NCBI GenBank assembly: GCA_043769645.1
Contig: JAYVJC010000042.1
Span: forward strand, 990 to 64,989
Origin: Candidatus Altimarinota bacterium
GTDB lineage: Bacteria; Patescibacteriota; Gracilibacteria; BD1-5; UBA2023
Length of the DNA stretch: 64,000 nt
Direction: 5' to 3'
The notes beneath the pieces were generated by a model. That model was not told the origin of the DNA. It saw only the letters and a list, made by a program, of their open reading frames with translations, and searched no databases. Within the stretch, counting starts at the first letter, position 1. Every line of letters begins with the position of its first letter. Position numbers and translations under genes: made by a program. This document shows, piece after piece, positions 20,976-30,540 of the stretch.

Positions 20976-21407
20976 ATGACGACAGCAAATATGGGTTTCA
21001 AGTTTCACGTTTCCACAGCAGTAAGGGCTATGACTGCGGGTGTGATTTTCACACTAGTAGCGCTCATCATCCTGTTTATGCTTTACTTCAGTGTCCATCT
21101 GGACCCTGAGGAAACACGAAACCCTGTGTTCCTTCTTTTAGCTTTCATCGCGTTGTTCGTTATACCAATGACGATACTCGGTGTGACCTACAAAATCCTC
21201 CGAGAAATGGTCTCGGAAAAAAATGAAGAAAACCGCCAGATAGACCTGACAACGGCAATGGGTGCCATAACAACCTTTGCCATATACTGTCCTACGGTTT
21301 ATGGGATTGCCATCTTCATCGCCTTTCAAGCATCCAAGAGATGCTGACGATTTTCCCCCAACCCACGAAGCTCCCGCCTGTTCACAGGCGGGGCTTTGCC
21401 TTTTTAG
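20976..21407 (+). CDS. Small membrane protein. It ends at TGA 21345-21347 under the standard code and at TAG 21405-21407 under table 25
   Basis: Track ORF 20949..21347, with the first ATG at 20976. It has 3 hydrophobic helices. Read-through of the TGA would carry translation across the terminator hairpin at 21373-21392. Confidence 0.5.
21373..21405 (+). terminator. Intrinsic terminator
   Basis: 8-bp GC-rich stem CCCGCCTG / CAGGCGGG with loop TTCA, followed by GCTTTGCCTTTTT. Confidence 0.75.
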
Positions 21408-21473
21408 TAAGTTGAAGATTATGAATTATATCCATTTTCTCTCTACTATAAGGTGCCTGCTATAATCTATCTG

Positions 21474-21563
21474 CTCTCATTTTTTATCTTTTCGTTTTTA
21501 TCTTTTATCTGGACTCACCTATTCCACCGTCACACTCTTCGCGAGGTTGCGAGGCTTGTCGAC
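21474..21563. repeat. Direct repeat copy A (includes a pseudo-copy of the last 15 codons of glmS)
   Basis: 90 nt, about 94% identical to 22298-22387. A 41-nt block TCCACCGTCACACTCTTCGCGAGGTTGCGAGGCTTGTCGAC is identical in both copies. Confidence 0.85.
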
Positions 21564-21587
21564 GTCTCGGCCCGAGGGTTTACAAAT

Positions 21588-21878
21588 TTATTTCTTCTCG
21601 ACAAGACGTCATTCCGTCCATTTTTTTGCGAGAGAAATCAGAATAGTCTGGTAGGGGATAGCATCTTCTTTTGCCTGTTTTTTCAGACTCGCGAGTATGG
21701 ATACTGGCATCTTCAGTGAGATGGCTTGCCTGGCTTCGGGTTCTCTATCTTCGAATTTTGCTTTCTGAAAAGCATCGACAAGAGCCTGCTCTTCGAGGGT
21801 ATCCACTGATGAACCAAACTTCCCCTCTAACATGAGATCTTCGAGTTCAGTATAGTAGGAGTATGGTTTTGCTGGCAT
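21588..21878 (-). CDS. Putative antitoxin, BrnA/CopG-like
   Basis: Track ORF 21609..21878. The C-terminus ..ISLKMPVSILASLKKQAKEDAIPYQTILISLAKKW resembles BrnA-type antitoxins (RHH-like, GIPYQ motif). TGA at 21609-21611 is followed by 6 codons to TAA. Confidence 0.5.
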
Positions 21879-21908
21879 AGAGGAAAAATTAGAGAAATAA
21901 TCTGGTAG

Positions 21909-22133
21909 CTACTCGGCTTCGGTAGGCGGTCTTGAGAAAGTATCATCATTCGATAGGAACACAGGGGACCATGCACACATACCCGCCAATATCAACATAG
22001 AGTATTTTCTGATGAGGATATTTCTCAGAATCAGGATGATTACGGATGGCAAGAAGTCATCCATCATTGATGGCATCTTGTATGCGGGAGAATGAAATAT
22101 GGTGTTTCTCTTGTACAAGAGAATCTTTTTCAT
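21909..22133 (-). CDS. Putative toxin partner of the upstream-toxin/downstream-antitoxin pair (BrnT-like?)
   Basis: 74-aa track ORF lying 30 nt upstream of the antitoxin-like gene on the same strand, with a TAG stop. Only weak resemblance to BrnT (C-terminal ..FSRPPTEAE). The call rests mainly on gene arrangement. Confidence 0.3.
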   Translation of the reverse strand: MKKILLYKRNTIFHSPAYKMPSMMDDFLPSVIILILRNILIRKYSMLILAGMCAWSPVFLSNDDTFSRPPTEAE

Positions 22134-22297
22134 CCGACCAAAGTAATATCATATACTGAGTATATACTATATATATTCTAAATCAACTTTTTTACTAGAA
22201 ATTCTGAATTCCATTTATATGAATTATCTATGATCAATGACTTTTATCAATTCCTGTCTTATTTCTCTTCTATTTCCTATCTACTATAAGCTATCTA

Positions 22298-22387
22298 CTC
22301 TCATCTTTCATCTTTTCGTTTTTATCTTTTATCTAGACTCTCCTACTCCACCGTCACACTCTTCGCGAGGTTGCGAGGCTTGTCGAC
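22298..22387. repeat. Direct repeat copy B (overlaps the genuine 3' end of glmS)
   Basis: See copy A at 21474-21563. The two copies are 824 bp apart. Confidence 0.85.
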
Positions 22388-24190
22388 ATCACGACCGAGC
22401 GCGTTAGCGATGTGGTACGAGAAGAGTTGCATGATGACGACCTCGAGGAATGGATTGACTTCCGCGAGGTTAGCATCGAAGGTGATAACATCAGTATAGA
22501 GACCTTTGTGGTCATCATCGTCAGCGATAATCCCGAGTACCTTTCCTCCACGAGCCTTGATCTCTTCGACACTGGAGTTATTCTTAGCGACCAGTGGTCC
22601 TCCCCCGTTCACCATAATGGTCGGGAAGTTCTCATCGATCAGAGCGATCGATCCATGCTTAAGCTCTCAGGAAGAGTACGCTTCCGAGTGGATATAGGTC
22701 AGTTCTTTGAGTTTGAGGGATCCCTCCATCGCGATCGGAAGCTCATGAGAACGACCGAGGTAGAAGAAGTTCGAATACTTCGCATATTTCTCTGCTACAA
22801 GACGGATCGCTTCGGACTCAAGGAGGATCTTCTCCATGGCTTCTGGAAGTTTCGAGAGACCATCGAGCACTTCACGATACTTGCGATAATCAAGTCCTGT
22901 CTTCTTTCCGAGATAGAGGGCGAGGAAGAGAAAACAAGCCACTTGGGCCGTAAATGCCTTCGTCGAGGCCACTCCGACTTCGATACCGGCACGCGTGAAA
23001 AGCCCCTGTCCAGCAGTTCGAGCGATCGCGGAACCTGGGACATTGACTACCCCGAAGACATGACATCATTGTTCTTTCACGATCTTGAGTGAATCAAGGG
23101 TATCGATCGTCTCTCCGGACTGGGAGACGAAGATAAAGAGTTCATCCGAAGTGATGAATTTTTTCTTATACTTGAACTCAGTCGAGACGACCACATCGGT
23201 CGGAAGCCCCGCGAATTCCTCGAGATAGTACTTCCCCATAAGACCTGAGTGATAGCTCGTCCCCGAGGCCACGATCGTAACTCGCTTGATACCAAGCATA
23301 GATATATGCTCGAGGGTATCGGAGTGGAGTTCTGCGGTTTCGAAATTGATACGGCCACGAAAGACATTTTCGAGGACTTCTCGTTGTTCGTGGATTTCCT
23401 TCAGCATAAAGTGAGGAAAGTCCCCAAGTTCTGCTGGCTTCTCAGCATCATCGACCGTATGAAGGGACCGCTCGACCTCGCCATCTCCGGCGACGATTGT
23501 ATAATCCTCGGGCGTCATCAGAAATACATCCCCATCCTCGAGGATGATGTAGTCATCGATAAGACCGATCAGGGAACGGTAATCCGAAGAGACAAACCGA
23601 TCTCCATTTGAGTTTTCTACGGAGGATTTCTGTCCAAATCCAAGCACCATCGGACTTCCTCGTTTCGTTCCGAATATCCGATCTGGATGTTCTCGATCGA
23701 TAAATACGAGTCCATAGGCTCCTTCGATACGTTGTACAAGTACTTTCAAAGTTTCGAGGTGATCTCCGGTAAATATATCTTCATAGAGCTTCGCGACAAC
23801 TTCGGTATCAGTTTCTGAATAAAACGTATATCCTTTTTCGAGGAGTTCTTCCTTGAGCTCTCGGTAGTTTTCGATAATGCCGTTGTGGATGACGATAAAT
23901 CGCTCTGACTGAGACATATGCGGATGACAGTTTGGTTCCGTGACTCCCCCGTGGGTCGCCCATCTGGTATGACCGACACCGACATGGTACGAGGCAAGAT
24001 CATAGGTATCAGCCTTGAGCTTGAGATTCGAAACTTTTCCGACGGATTTGATGAGCGCGAACTCTTTCCTATGATTCACGACACAAATGCCCGCACTATC
24101 ATACCCACGGTATTCGAGACGCTGAAGTCCTGCGAGTATTTCTTTCTCCGCTTGTCCCGGTCTTCCGAGATATCAAAATATTCAGCACAT
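22343..24190 (-). CDS. glmS: Glutamine--fructose-6-phosphate aminotransferase
   Basis: Track ORFs 23066..24079, 22667..22972 and 22343..22615 share one frame and are separated by TGA. The N-terminus is restored as M-C-G(TGA)-I-F-G(TGA)-YLG from ATG 24188-24190. The SIS domains are present and the C-terminus is ..RNLAKSVTVE. TAG stop. Confidence 0.95.
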
Positions 24191-24402
24191 AGGAGAGAAA
24201 GTGAGAAATTAAAAAGATGCAATAAACTTTTCTATAAGTGATACGCTATCCATCTCCGGTAAGAGAAATGTAAGAATCTTTCTTCACAAACCAGTATAAA
24301 AAAATGACCTCGGAAATCAAAGGAGAAAATAAAATCAAATATTCGTTCCCTTATCCCTAATATTTTCCTATTTCTCTCACTCAATACTTATCGAACAGAA
24401 AC

Positions 24403-25602
24403 CTATTGTCACTTTACTCGTTCATGAGTCTTCTTCCAATACCACTCTCAGCCAATATCAATCATATCGTCCGTGGGCTCAAAAACACGATCCCGACGTG
24501 GTAATCTCACCAGTGGTTCTGCCTGAATAATGTTTTGGTTTACAAGAGTCCCATTCTCTTTGGAAGATTTCTTTTCCTTAGCGGCACTTTCAAAGAGTGG
24601 GTTTGATTTTTTCGAAGCTTTAGGTCGAATGGGTCAAGGATTTTTATTTTTTTTGATTACAGGTTTTTTAGCACGCTTTCTGGGAATACTCACGGCCTTC
24701 TCTTTTTCTTCTTGAATTCTCTGGGGAACTCCTATCCCACAGAGCGTACAGAAGTCCGTTTTTTTCAGGGAAACATTTCCAAAACACTGCTGACCGATAG
24801 ACTGAAAATGAATGGGCAGAGTTTGCGAAGAAAATTCAACAGAAGCATTGTATGAAATCAAAACGGGCTTGATAGTCGCAAACCAATGAGTAGATACTTG
24901 TTGAATGGTGAGGGCTTCTTGAATTGCAGTACGAAGAGTTACAGAAGATCCCTTCTCAGAAGGTCCATCGAGAGCCTGTAGAAATCTCTCCCGAAGAGGA
25001 AGAGATTTCTGTTTTCCTTCAGGATCAAGAGCGCATATTTCTATGAATTCCTGCTTCTTGATCCTCCCGTTCTTCCCAATATTAATAGTTGATTTTTCTC
25101 ATCACCTCAGGCAGAGTGATACTCCATCAAGAGAAATAGGGAGTCAGAGGATGCTTGGAAATTGTGTATTGTAACTTCTAAAAATTGCGGAAACTTCATG
25201 TATCCAGTGAGTATTTTTTCGAAAAATCGCCGATGCTAGAGCTTGTCGTATAGTTTGATTTTTTCCATCATAGTGAAAAACTGTGTCAAGAGTCTGGAGA
25301 AATGCGCTCTTGCTCATGCATTTCTGGAGATGGAGTTCTTCACTTCAGACTTCTCCGCGCTCTTCCTGCCATTTCGAGAGAAGTCGAACCTGCGATCGAA
25401 TCGTTTGGATAAGTCGAGGTGCGCCTCAAGACGAGCTTTTGAGAAGTGATTCAAGTTGCCACTGAAGCTGCTTGACTCGCTTCTTATCTTGAGTTTCTAG
25501 AACACTTTTTACAAGTCACTTCACTTTACTGATACTTAGTACCGTTCATCATAGGGCTAATCTTCTAGAAACCTCTGGTGGTGGGGTATCAAGTTTTCAC
25601 AT
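24403..25602 (-). CDS. Hypothetical protein (399 aa after recoding; Lys-rich C-terminal tail)
   Basis: I walked the frame of track ORF 24634..24861 codon by codon from ATG 25600-25602 to TAG 24403-24405. It contains about 14 TGA and no TAA/TAG. No family recognised. Confidence 0.5.
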
Positions 25603-25619
25603 TTTTTATAAAAGTACTA

Positions 25620-25871
25620 TTATTGCCTTGTTGAAGTCTTTACAATTCCTTGGAGAATTTCTTGGACTCGAGCTTTTGTTGTTCACTTAGTTTGTAGCTC
25701 TGAAAGTTCGCTTTGAGTAATAGCAAATTTGTCTACCCAATAGTGTCCACTTTTATCTATATCAAGAAAATTATAGTTTCCATCTATCCAGCAAAGGGTG
25801 CGATCCTTTAGCATTCCTGGTTCACCACTATCAATTTCAGATTCAGCAATATAGATAGAGAAAAAACTCAT
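25620..25871 (-). CDS. Hypothetical small protein (83 aa after recoding)
   Basis: Track ORF 25683..25871 plus read-through of TGA to TAA 25620-25622. It lies 10 nt downstream of the preceding gene. Confidence 0.4.
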
Positions 25872-25880
25872 AAAGAAAAA

Positions 25881-26840
25881 TTAATTTTGATATTGAGTAA
25901 AAATTTGTTCTAGATTCCCTCAGGTTTTTAGAATTGATGCGATATTTATTTCGGGCATCATAGGAGGAAGACTAATGCCCAATGGATTTTGTCAAAGATC
26001 AGTTTTTTGACTGGCTTCAGGATTGATAAACGAAAGCTTACCTCCCGTCAAGTGTGTCCCACTTGGAAGGCAAAGAATGCGTGAAACCATAGCTGCTGTA
26101 TGTGCAGATCGGATATCTCCAGTTCAAATTATAGAGGAAGGTTGAAATTTGCTTTTATCAATTCTAAGACTAATAAACTCTGCTAATCTTTGGAGGTTGT
26201 CAAAATTTCCCTCGGGGGAAAAATTATGTTCAGGAGTGCATATAATTTTCGCAATATTATTTCCAGGTGTTTTTGGGTCCCAGTACTCCTGAGGTTGAAG
26301 CACCCAACGTTTTGATACCCTTTGCACAACATGATCGGCATCTTCAGTACTACTTTCTTTTTGTATAGCCACTCCCCACCTTTGTCCATTTATAGAATGC
26401 TGTCCAGCCCACTTATCGATTGCGATCTTGGATCTTGCAGAGTCAAACATATCATCAAGAAAGAGTGGCTTCTCTCCTGGTCATCAACCGTTGAGAAATG
26501 AAATACAATCAGCTATATGTACCTCTTTTTGATCTCACTCTCCTTCATACGAAGCGGCATGAAGTACTCCAAATCTCAGGTTTGTAGGTAGTACCCCTTT
26601 CCCATATTTTTCCATCATTGCAAGGATTGGCAACCCTCATCGAGCAACAGCTATAATACTCGTGTATCCTGCATCTTTTATTTGTTCGATGAGAACTCTT
26701 GTAAGAGTTTCATATTGAGCACTGGAGTATACTTCTTTAGCGACTGGTTTTCCATTTCGATCTAATGATGGAACCACCATGGGTTTTGCATACTTGTAAT
26801 TTCAACCTGATGTATCGAGAGATAAATCTAATCAATTCAT
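25881..26840 (-). CDS. Phosphoribosyltransferase-domain protein (319 aa after recoding)
   Basis: ATG 26838-26840 to TAA 25881-25883. Track ORF 26124..26450 is the central part. PRT-type motifs YTSIIAVARGGLPILAMM and PLFLDDMFDSARS (PRPP loop) are present. The C-terminal ~130 aa are unassigned. Confidence 0.6.
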
Positions 26841-27007
26841 AATAAATAATTTTAGTAAATTAACTTCTCGTTAGAATATGTTTTCGTATACTTTTGTCAA
26901 ATTATTTATTCTTACGCTGGGAGAAGGCATTATCTTATGAAATTTTTGCATTTTCATTCATTTTCTCTATCCTCATTACATAGATTGTAGTCAATAATTT
27001 TCTTGAT

Positions 27008-28381
27008 ATGGATACCCTTCGATTTCTTACACCGGAGATGATTACTGATATTCGAAACCGTTTTGATACTCCCGTATTTATCTACTCGGAAAAAATCCTC
27101 CGAGAACAAGCGCGTAAGGTTGTCGGTTTTCCCCATCACTTTGGGATCACGACACGCTACGCGATGAAGACGAGTTCGAATATGAATCTGTTGAAGATTT
27201 TTTCGAGTGAATGACTCCATATCGATGCCTCGAGCGAGTATGAAGTCTATCGCGCGCTCAAAGCGGGAATATCAGCTTCCCATATCCAGCTCACGGGACA
27301 AGAAATGCCAAAAGATCTGAAGAAAATTGTCGATTTGGGTGTAGAGTTCAATGCGACGAGCCTACATCAACTCGAAAGCTATGGAAAGCTCTTTCCTGAT
27401 ACAAATGCATCTATCCGAGTGAATCCTGGTATGGGTTCATGAGGTACCAACCGTACCAATGTTGGAGGGCTCGGATCGAGCTTCGGTATCTGGCACGAAT
27501 ACCTCGAAGAAGTTCTGAGTATCACCAAAAAATATCATCTTACCATCACGAAGCTTCATACCCATATCGGTTCCGGATCAGATCCAGAAGTCTGGAAAAA
27601 AGTCGCTAGTATGGTCCTCTCGATCGTCGAGAAACTTCCTGATGTCATCACAGTTTCCCTCGGTGGAGGATACAAAATAGCTCGAATGGACTATGAAAAA
27701 ACTGCAAATCTTGAGGAAATCGGAACGCACGTAAAAGAGTTATTTTGGGATTTTTTCGAAAAAACTTGACGTAAACTCCATCTCGAAATCGAACCGGGCA
27801 CCTTTCTCGCCGCCAATAGTGCCAGTCTCATTACCGAGATCATCGATATCGTCGACACAGGAAAAGATGGTTATACCTTCATCAAGGTGAATGCCGGGAT
27901 GACCGAAGTCACACGTCCTTCGCTCTATGGCGCCCAACACCCGATCATCGTTGTTCCCAGGAGAAATAACTCGGAAGATACTCAAAAACAAGAAAATCGA
28001 GGAGAGAAATTTTTTTCGAAAGGAGTTTACTGAAACAATGTAAATGACTGAGAAATAAATTTTTCTGACGATGAAGTTCGCAGTTTTTCAGAATCTTCCT
28101 ACATAGTTGTCGGTCATAACTGCGAAAGTGGTGATATCTTCACTCCCGCCCCTGGAGACCCGGAGTGACTCCTTCCACGGACACTTACTGAAGCGAGAAT
28201 CGGATATGCACTCGTCATCGAATCCGTCGGCTCCTACTGCGCGTCGATGAGTACGCACGGATACAATAGCTTCCCCGAAGCCTGAGAACTCCTCCTTCGA
28301 GAAGATGGAACTATCGTCGAAATCAGAAAACGCGCGAAGATAGAAGAACTATGGAGGAATGAGATAATGGTAGCAGAATAG
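27008..28381 (+). CDS. lysA: PLP-dependent decarboxylase, diaminopimelate decarboxylase family
   Basis: Track ORF 27008..27214 continues in frame (about 6 TGA) to TAG 28379-28381. Motifs present: YAMKTSSN (PLP Lys), [26 protein letters not shown] and [15 protein letters not shown]. Confidence 0.85.
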
Positions 28382-28441
28382 TAATTTTACATTTAGAAGG
28401 AAGCTGCTTGTATCTCAAAAAAATCTCAACAGAATTTCGTA

Positions 28442-28469
28442 TTGACTTCCCTCCCTTTTTTCATACATT
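28442..28469 (+). promoter_or_regulatory. Candidate promoter TTGACT-N16-TACATT driving the leader region
   Basis: Good -35 and acceptable -10 hexamers. The first leader ATG lies only 8 nt downstream of the -10, so the transcript is near-leaderless. Confidence 0.45.
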
Positions 28470-28476
28470 CGAATCT

Positions 28477-28548
28477 ATGAATCACCTCGCTCACATGATT
28501 ATCATGAAGATTTGCTTTTCCCGAGTGGAAGAGAAGTTTTCTATGTAA
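28477..28548 (+). promoter_or_regulatory. Leader peptide ORF 1 (MNHLAHMIIMKICFSRVEEKFSM, TAA stop)
   Basis: 23-codon ORF with the cluster Met-Ile-Ile-Met-Lys-Ile. Its 3' part (28519-28533, TCCCGAGTGGAAGAG) is complementary (12 of 15) to the 5' arm region of terminator 1 (28568-28582). Confidence 0.55.
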
Positions 28549-28570
28549 TCAAATACAAGAAATCACTCTC

Positions 28571-28599
28571 AACCACCCGGGAAACTGGGTGGTTTTTTA
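28571..28599 (+). terminator. Attenuator terminator 1
   Basis: ACCACCCGG-GAAA-CTGGGTGGT stem-loop followed by a T6 run. Confidence 0.75.
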
Positions 28600-28612
28600 T
28601 TTATTTGAATCT

Positions 28613-28678
28613 ATGCATTACGAGCTTACTATCATGATTACCAAGAAGACGTATCCACCAAGAGCGGATTTTTGATGA
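28613..28678 (+). promoter_or_regulatory. Leader peptide ORF 2 (MHYELTIMITKKTYPPRADF followed by TGA TGA)
   Basis: It has the same GAATCTATG start context as leader 1. The codon run is Thr-Ile-Met-Ile-Thr-Lys-Lys-Thr. GAGCGGAT (28662-28669) is perfectly complementary to ATCCGCTC (28700-28707), the 5' arm of terminator 2. Confidence 0.55.
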
Positions 28679-28700
28679 GGAAAGCCTATCAAAACTACCA

Positions 28701-28725
28701 TCCGCTCAAAACTGGGCGGATTTTT
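28701..28725 (+). terminator. Attenuator terminator 2
   Basis: TCCGCTC-AAAACT-GGGCGGA stem (one G-T pair) followed by a T5 run. Confidence 0.7.
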
Positions 28726-28815
28726 CTTGGCTCAAGTATTCGGAACGAGCTATCGACTGATCGTCTTCGAGAAGCCTCTAAAAATTCCTTCTTTTTAATT
28801 TTTTACTTTTCTTCT

Positions 28816-30264
28816 ATGCTAACTCGAAACCACTATCAACATCACACTACTCCTCAACCATGAGCCATTCACGTTATCAAAGTCGGTGGCGAAAATGCCT
28901 CTGATAATCGCACTGCTGAATGGCTCGCTCAGGCACAATCCAGAGGAGAGGATATCGCCGTTGCCATATCGGCTCTCAGAACCAAACCACTCAATACGAC
29001 CAATGAACTCATCGAAGCACGGAATGCCTATAAAAGTGGAGGGATGGGTCTTGCTCTTCCTATTCTAGAAAATCTTTTTCGAGTTCACCTCGATACTCTC
29101 AGAGAAGCCAGTATGTACGATGGTGAACTGGAAGATAAACTGCGCTTATTATTTCAGCAATATTTTCCAGCTAATCTTTCATTTCCTACTGACTTACTCA
29201 AACAAGATCCCGATGTCGCCATGGAACAAAGATTCATCGGATATGGAGAGGTGATGTCCTCTCATGTGCTCCTACATTTACTAAGTACTCACTTTCGAGT
29301 GGCAAGTACCCTTCTGGATCATACCATCGATGCAGGAGAATCTGAGGAGAGAACTCTCTCAAGAATTCTCCGAGATGACGTAGGTTCGAGAGTACATTCG
29401 AGTCTCGCGCAAGGAATCGTCATCGTTCCTGGATACGTTTCTGTCAAAGAAAAAAGTCTTCTCTGAGCATATGGAAGAGGATATACCGATAAAACTGCGG
29501 AACGAATGGCAGTATGACTCAGGAAGTTAGGTCACTCCCCAATTCTCCACATACAGAAACAAGTAGCATTGCTCTCCTCCAATCCGGTTAATATTCCTGG
29601 CGTCTTACCTATCCATAATATCTCCTACTACTCGGCAGCGGAAATCACAGGTGCCCGCTGAGCCAACGCGAGAGTCCTCAATGAAAATACTATTTCCAAA
29701 GAACTCGCAGATTACGGTATTCCTATCTGGGTGTACAATCCGTTCGAAATAGATGGACCAAAAACTATCATTTCTCGCCAGGGGAATACGGAGTCAAAGG
29801 TGCTCTATGTTGATAACAGGGATCACGTCAATACTATAACTATTTCAGGTTTTGCTATGTCAGGTCCAGGCCTCCTTGCTCGGCTCACTAGTATTTTTAG
29901 CCAAAGATGAATATCTGTTGATACAATTTCATCATCAGAAACAGAGGTCACCTTTTCTACCTATGGAAGTATGTCTGAATTCGAAAAAACTTCACTCGCT
30001 GAAGTCCTCAAAACATCTCTCTGAGATGAATATGATGTAGAGGTGAAAAATAACCTATGACTCATATATTGTACTGGAGATAACCTTTCTGGAAACCCTG
30101 GACTGCTCGGAAGAATAGGAGCCATTCTTTCAAATGCTGGTATCGATGTCGAATGTATCTCACAATCCCGTGGACAAAGAGCCGTTACCATAGGAGTCGC
30201 GTCTGAGAGGCTTACCGAATGAACCAATATCCTCCATAGAGAGCTTATCGAAGAAAGAAACTAA
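28816..30264 (+). CDS. lysC: Aspartate kinase (amino-acid kinase domain plus two ACT domains)
   Basis: ATG 28816 lies within track ORF 28672..28863, and ORF 29044..29466 is in the same frame. There are about 8 TGA before TAA 30262-30264. Motifs: VIKVGGENAS (KFGG-like), GRGYTDKTA (GRGGSD-like) and ACT repeats (GLLARLTSIFSQRGISVD; GLLGRIGAILSNAGIDVE). Confidence 0.8.
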
Positions 30265-30306
30265 TTTTTGCCTTTTCCCCTCTTTTTTATATAGTGGAAG
30301 GGATTT

Positions 30307-30537
30307 ATGTGGGAAGAAAACCAAGATACACTCTCGAGAACATTTCTATTTGCTGATTTTACAGATGCGATGGCTTTTATCGTGAAAGTATGACTCCTCG
30401 CTGAGAAATCTGATCATCATCCTACCATTACCAATACCTATACCTCAGTACGTATCGAACTCACCACGCATGAAGCTGGCAATACGGTAACCACTCGAGA
30501 TAGAGAAATGTCTCAGATTATTGATTCTTTTTTATAA
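30307..30537 (+). CDS. Pterin-4-alpha-carbinolamine dehydratase (PCD/DCoH family)
   Basis: 76 aa with one TGA. The family signature SDHHPTITNTYTSVRIELTTHEAGNTVTTRD is present. Confidence 0.8.
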
Positions 30538-30540
30538 ACT

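Noticed and set aside
21474-22387. A Tn7-like transposon inserted at attTn7 downstream of glmS.
   Set aside because: No tnsABCD-like genes are present, and there are no Tn7 end repeats. The flanking repeats are 90-bp duplications of the target itself. Only the general idea of a site-specific insertion scar is retained.
22343-24190. Reading glmS (and lysS, glyQS, recG, tilS, the PiT gene, crtI and others) as pseudogenes broken by nonsense mutations.
   Set aside because: All interruptions are TGA only, always in frame, and they fall on conserved Gly positions. TAA/TAG appear only at the gene ends. Stop-codon reassignment explains this, not decay.
28613-28798. Treating leader ORF 2 as a genuine 61-aa protein gene (the table-25 reading through TGA TGA).
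   Set aside because: The read-through part crosses the terminator and AT-rich spacer and has no protein-like features. The first 20 codons plus the RNA pairings fit an attenuator far better. The decoding question is kept open in the finding.
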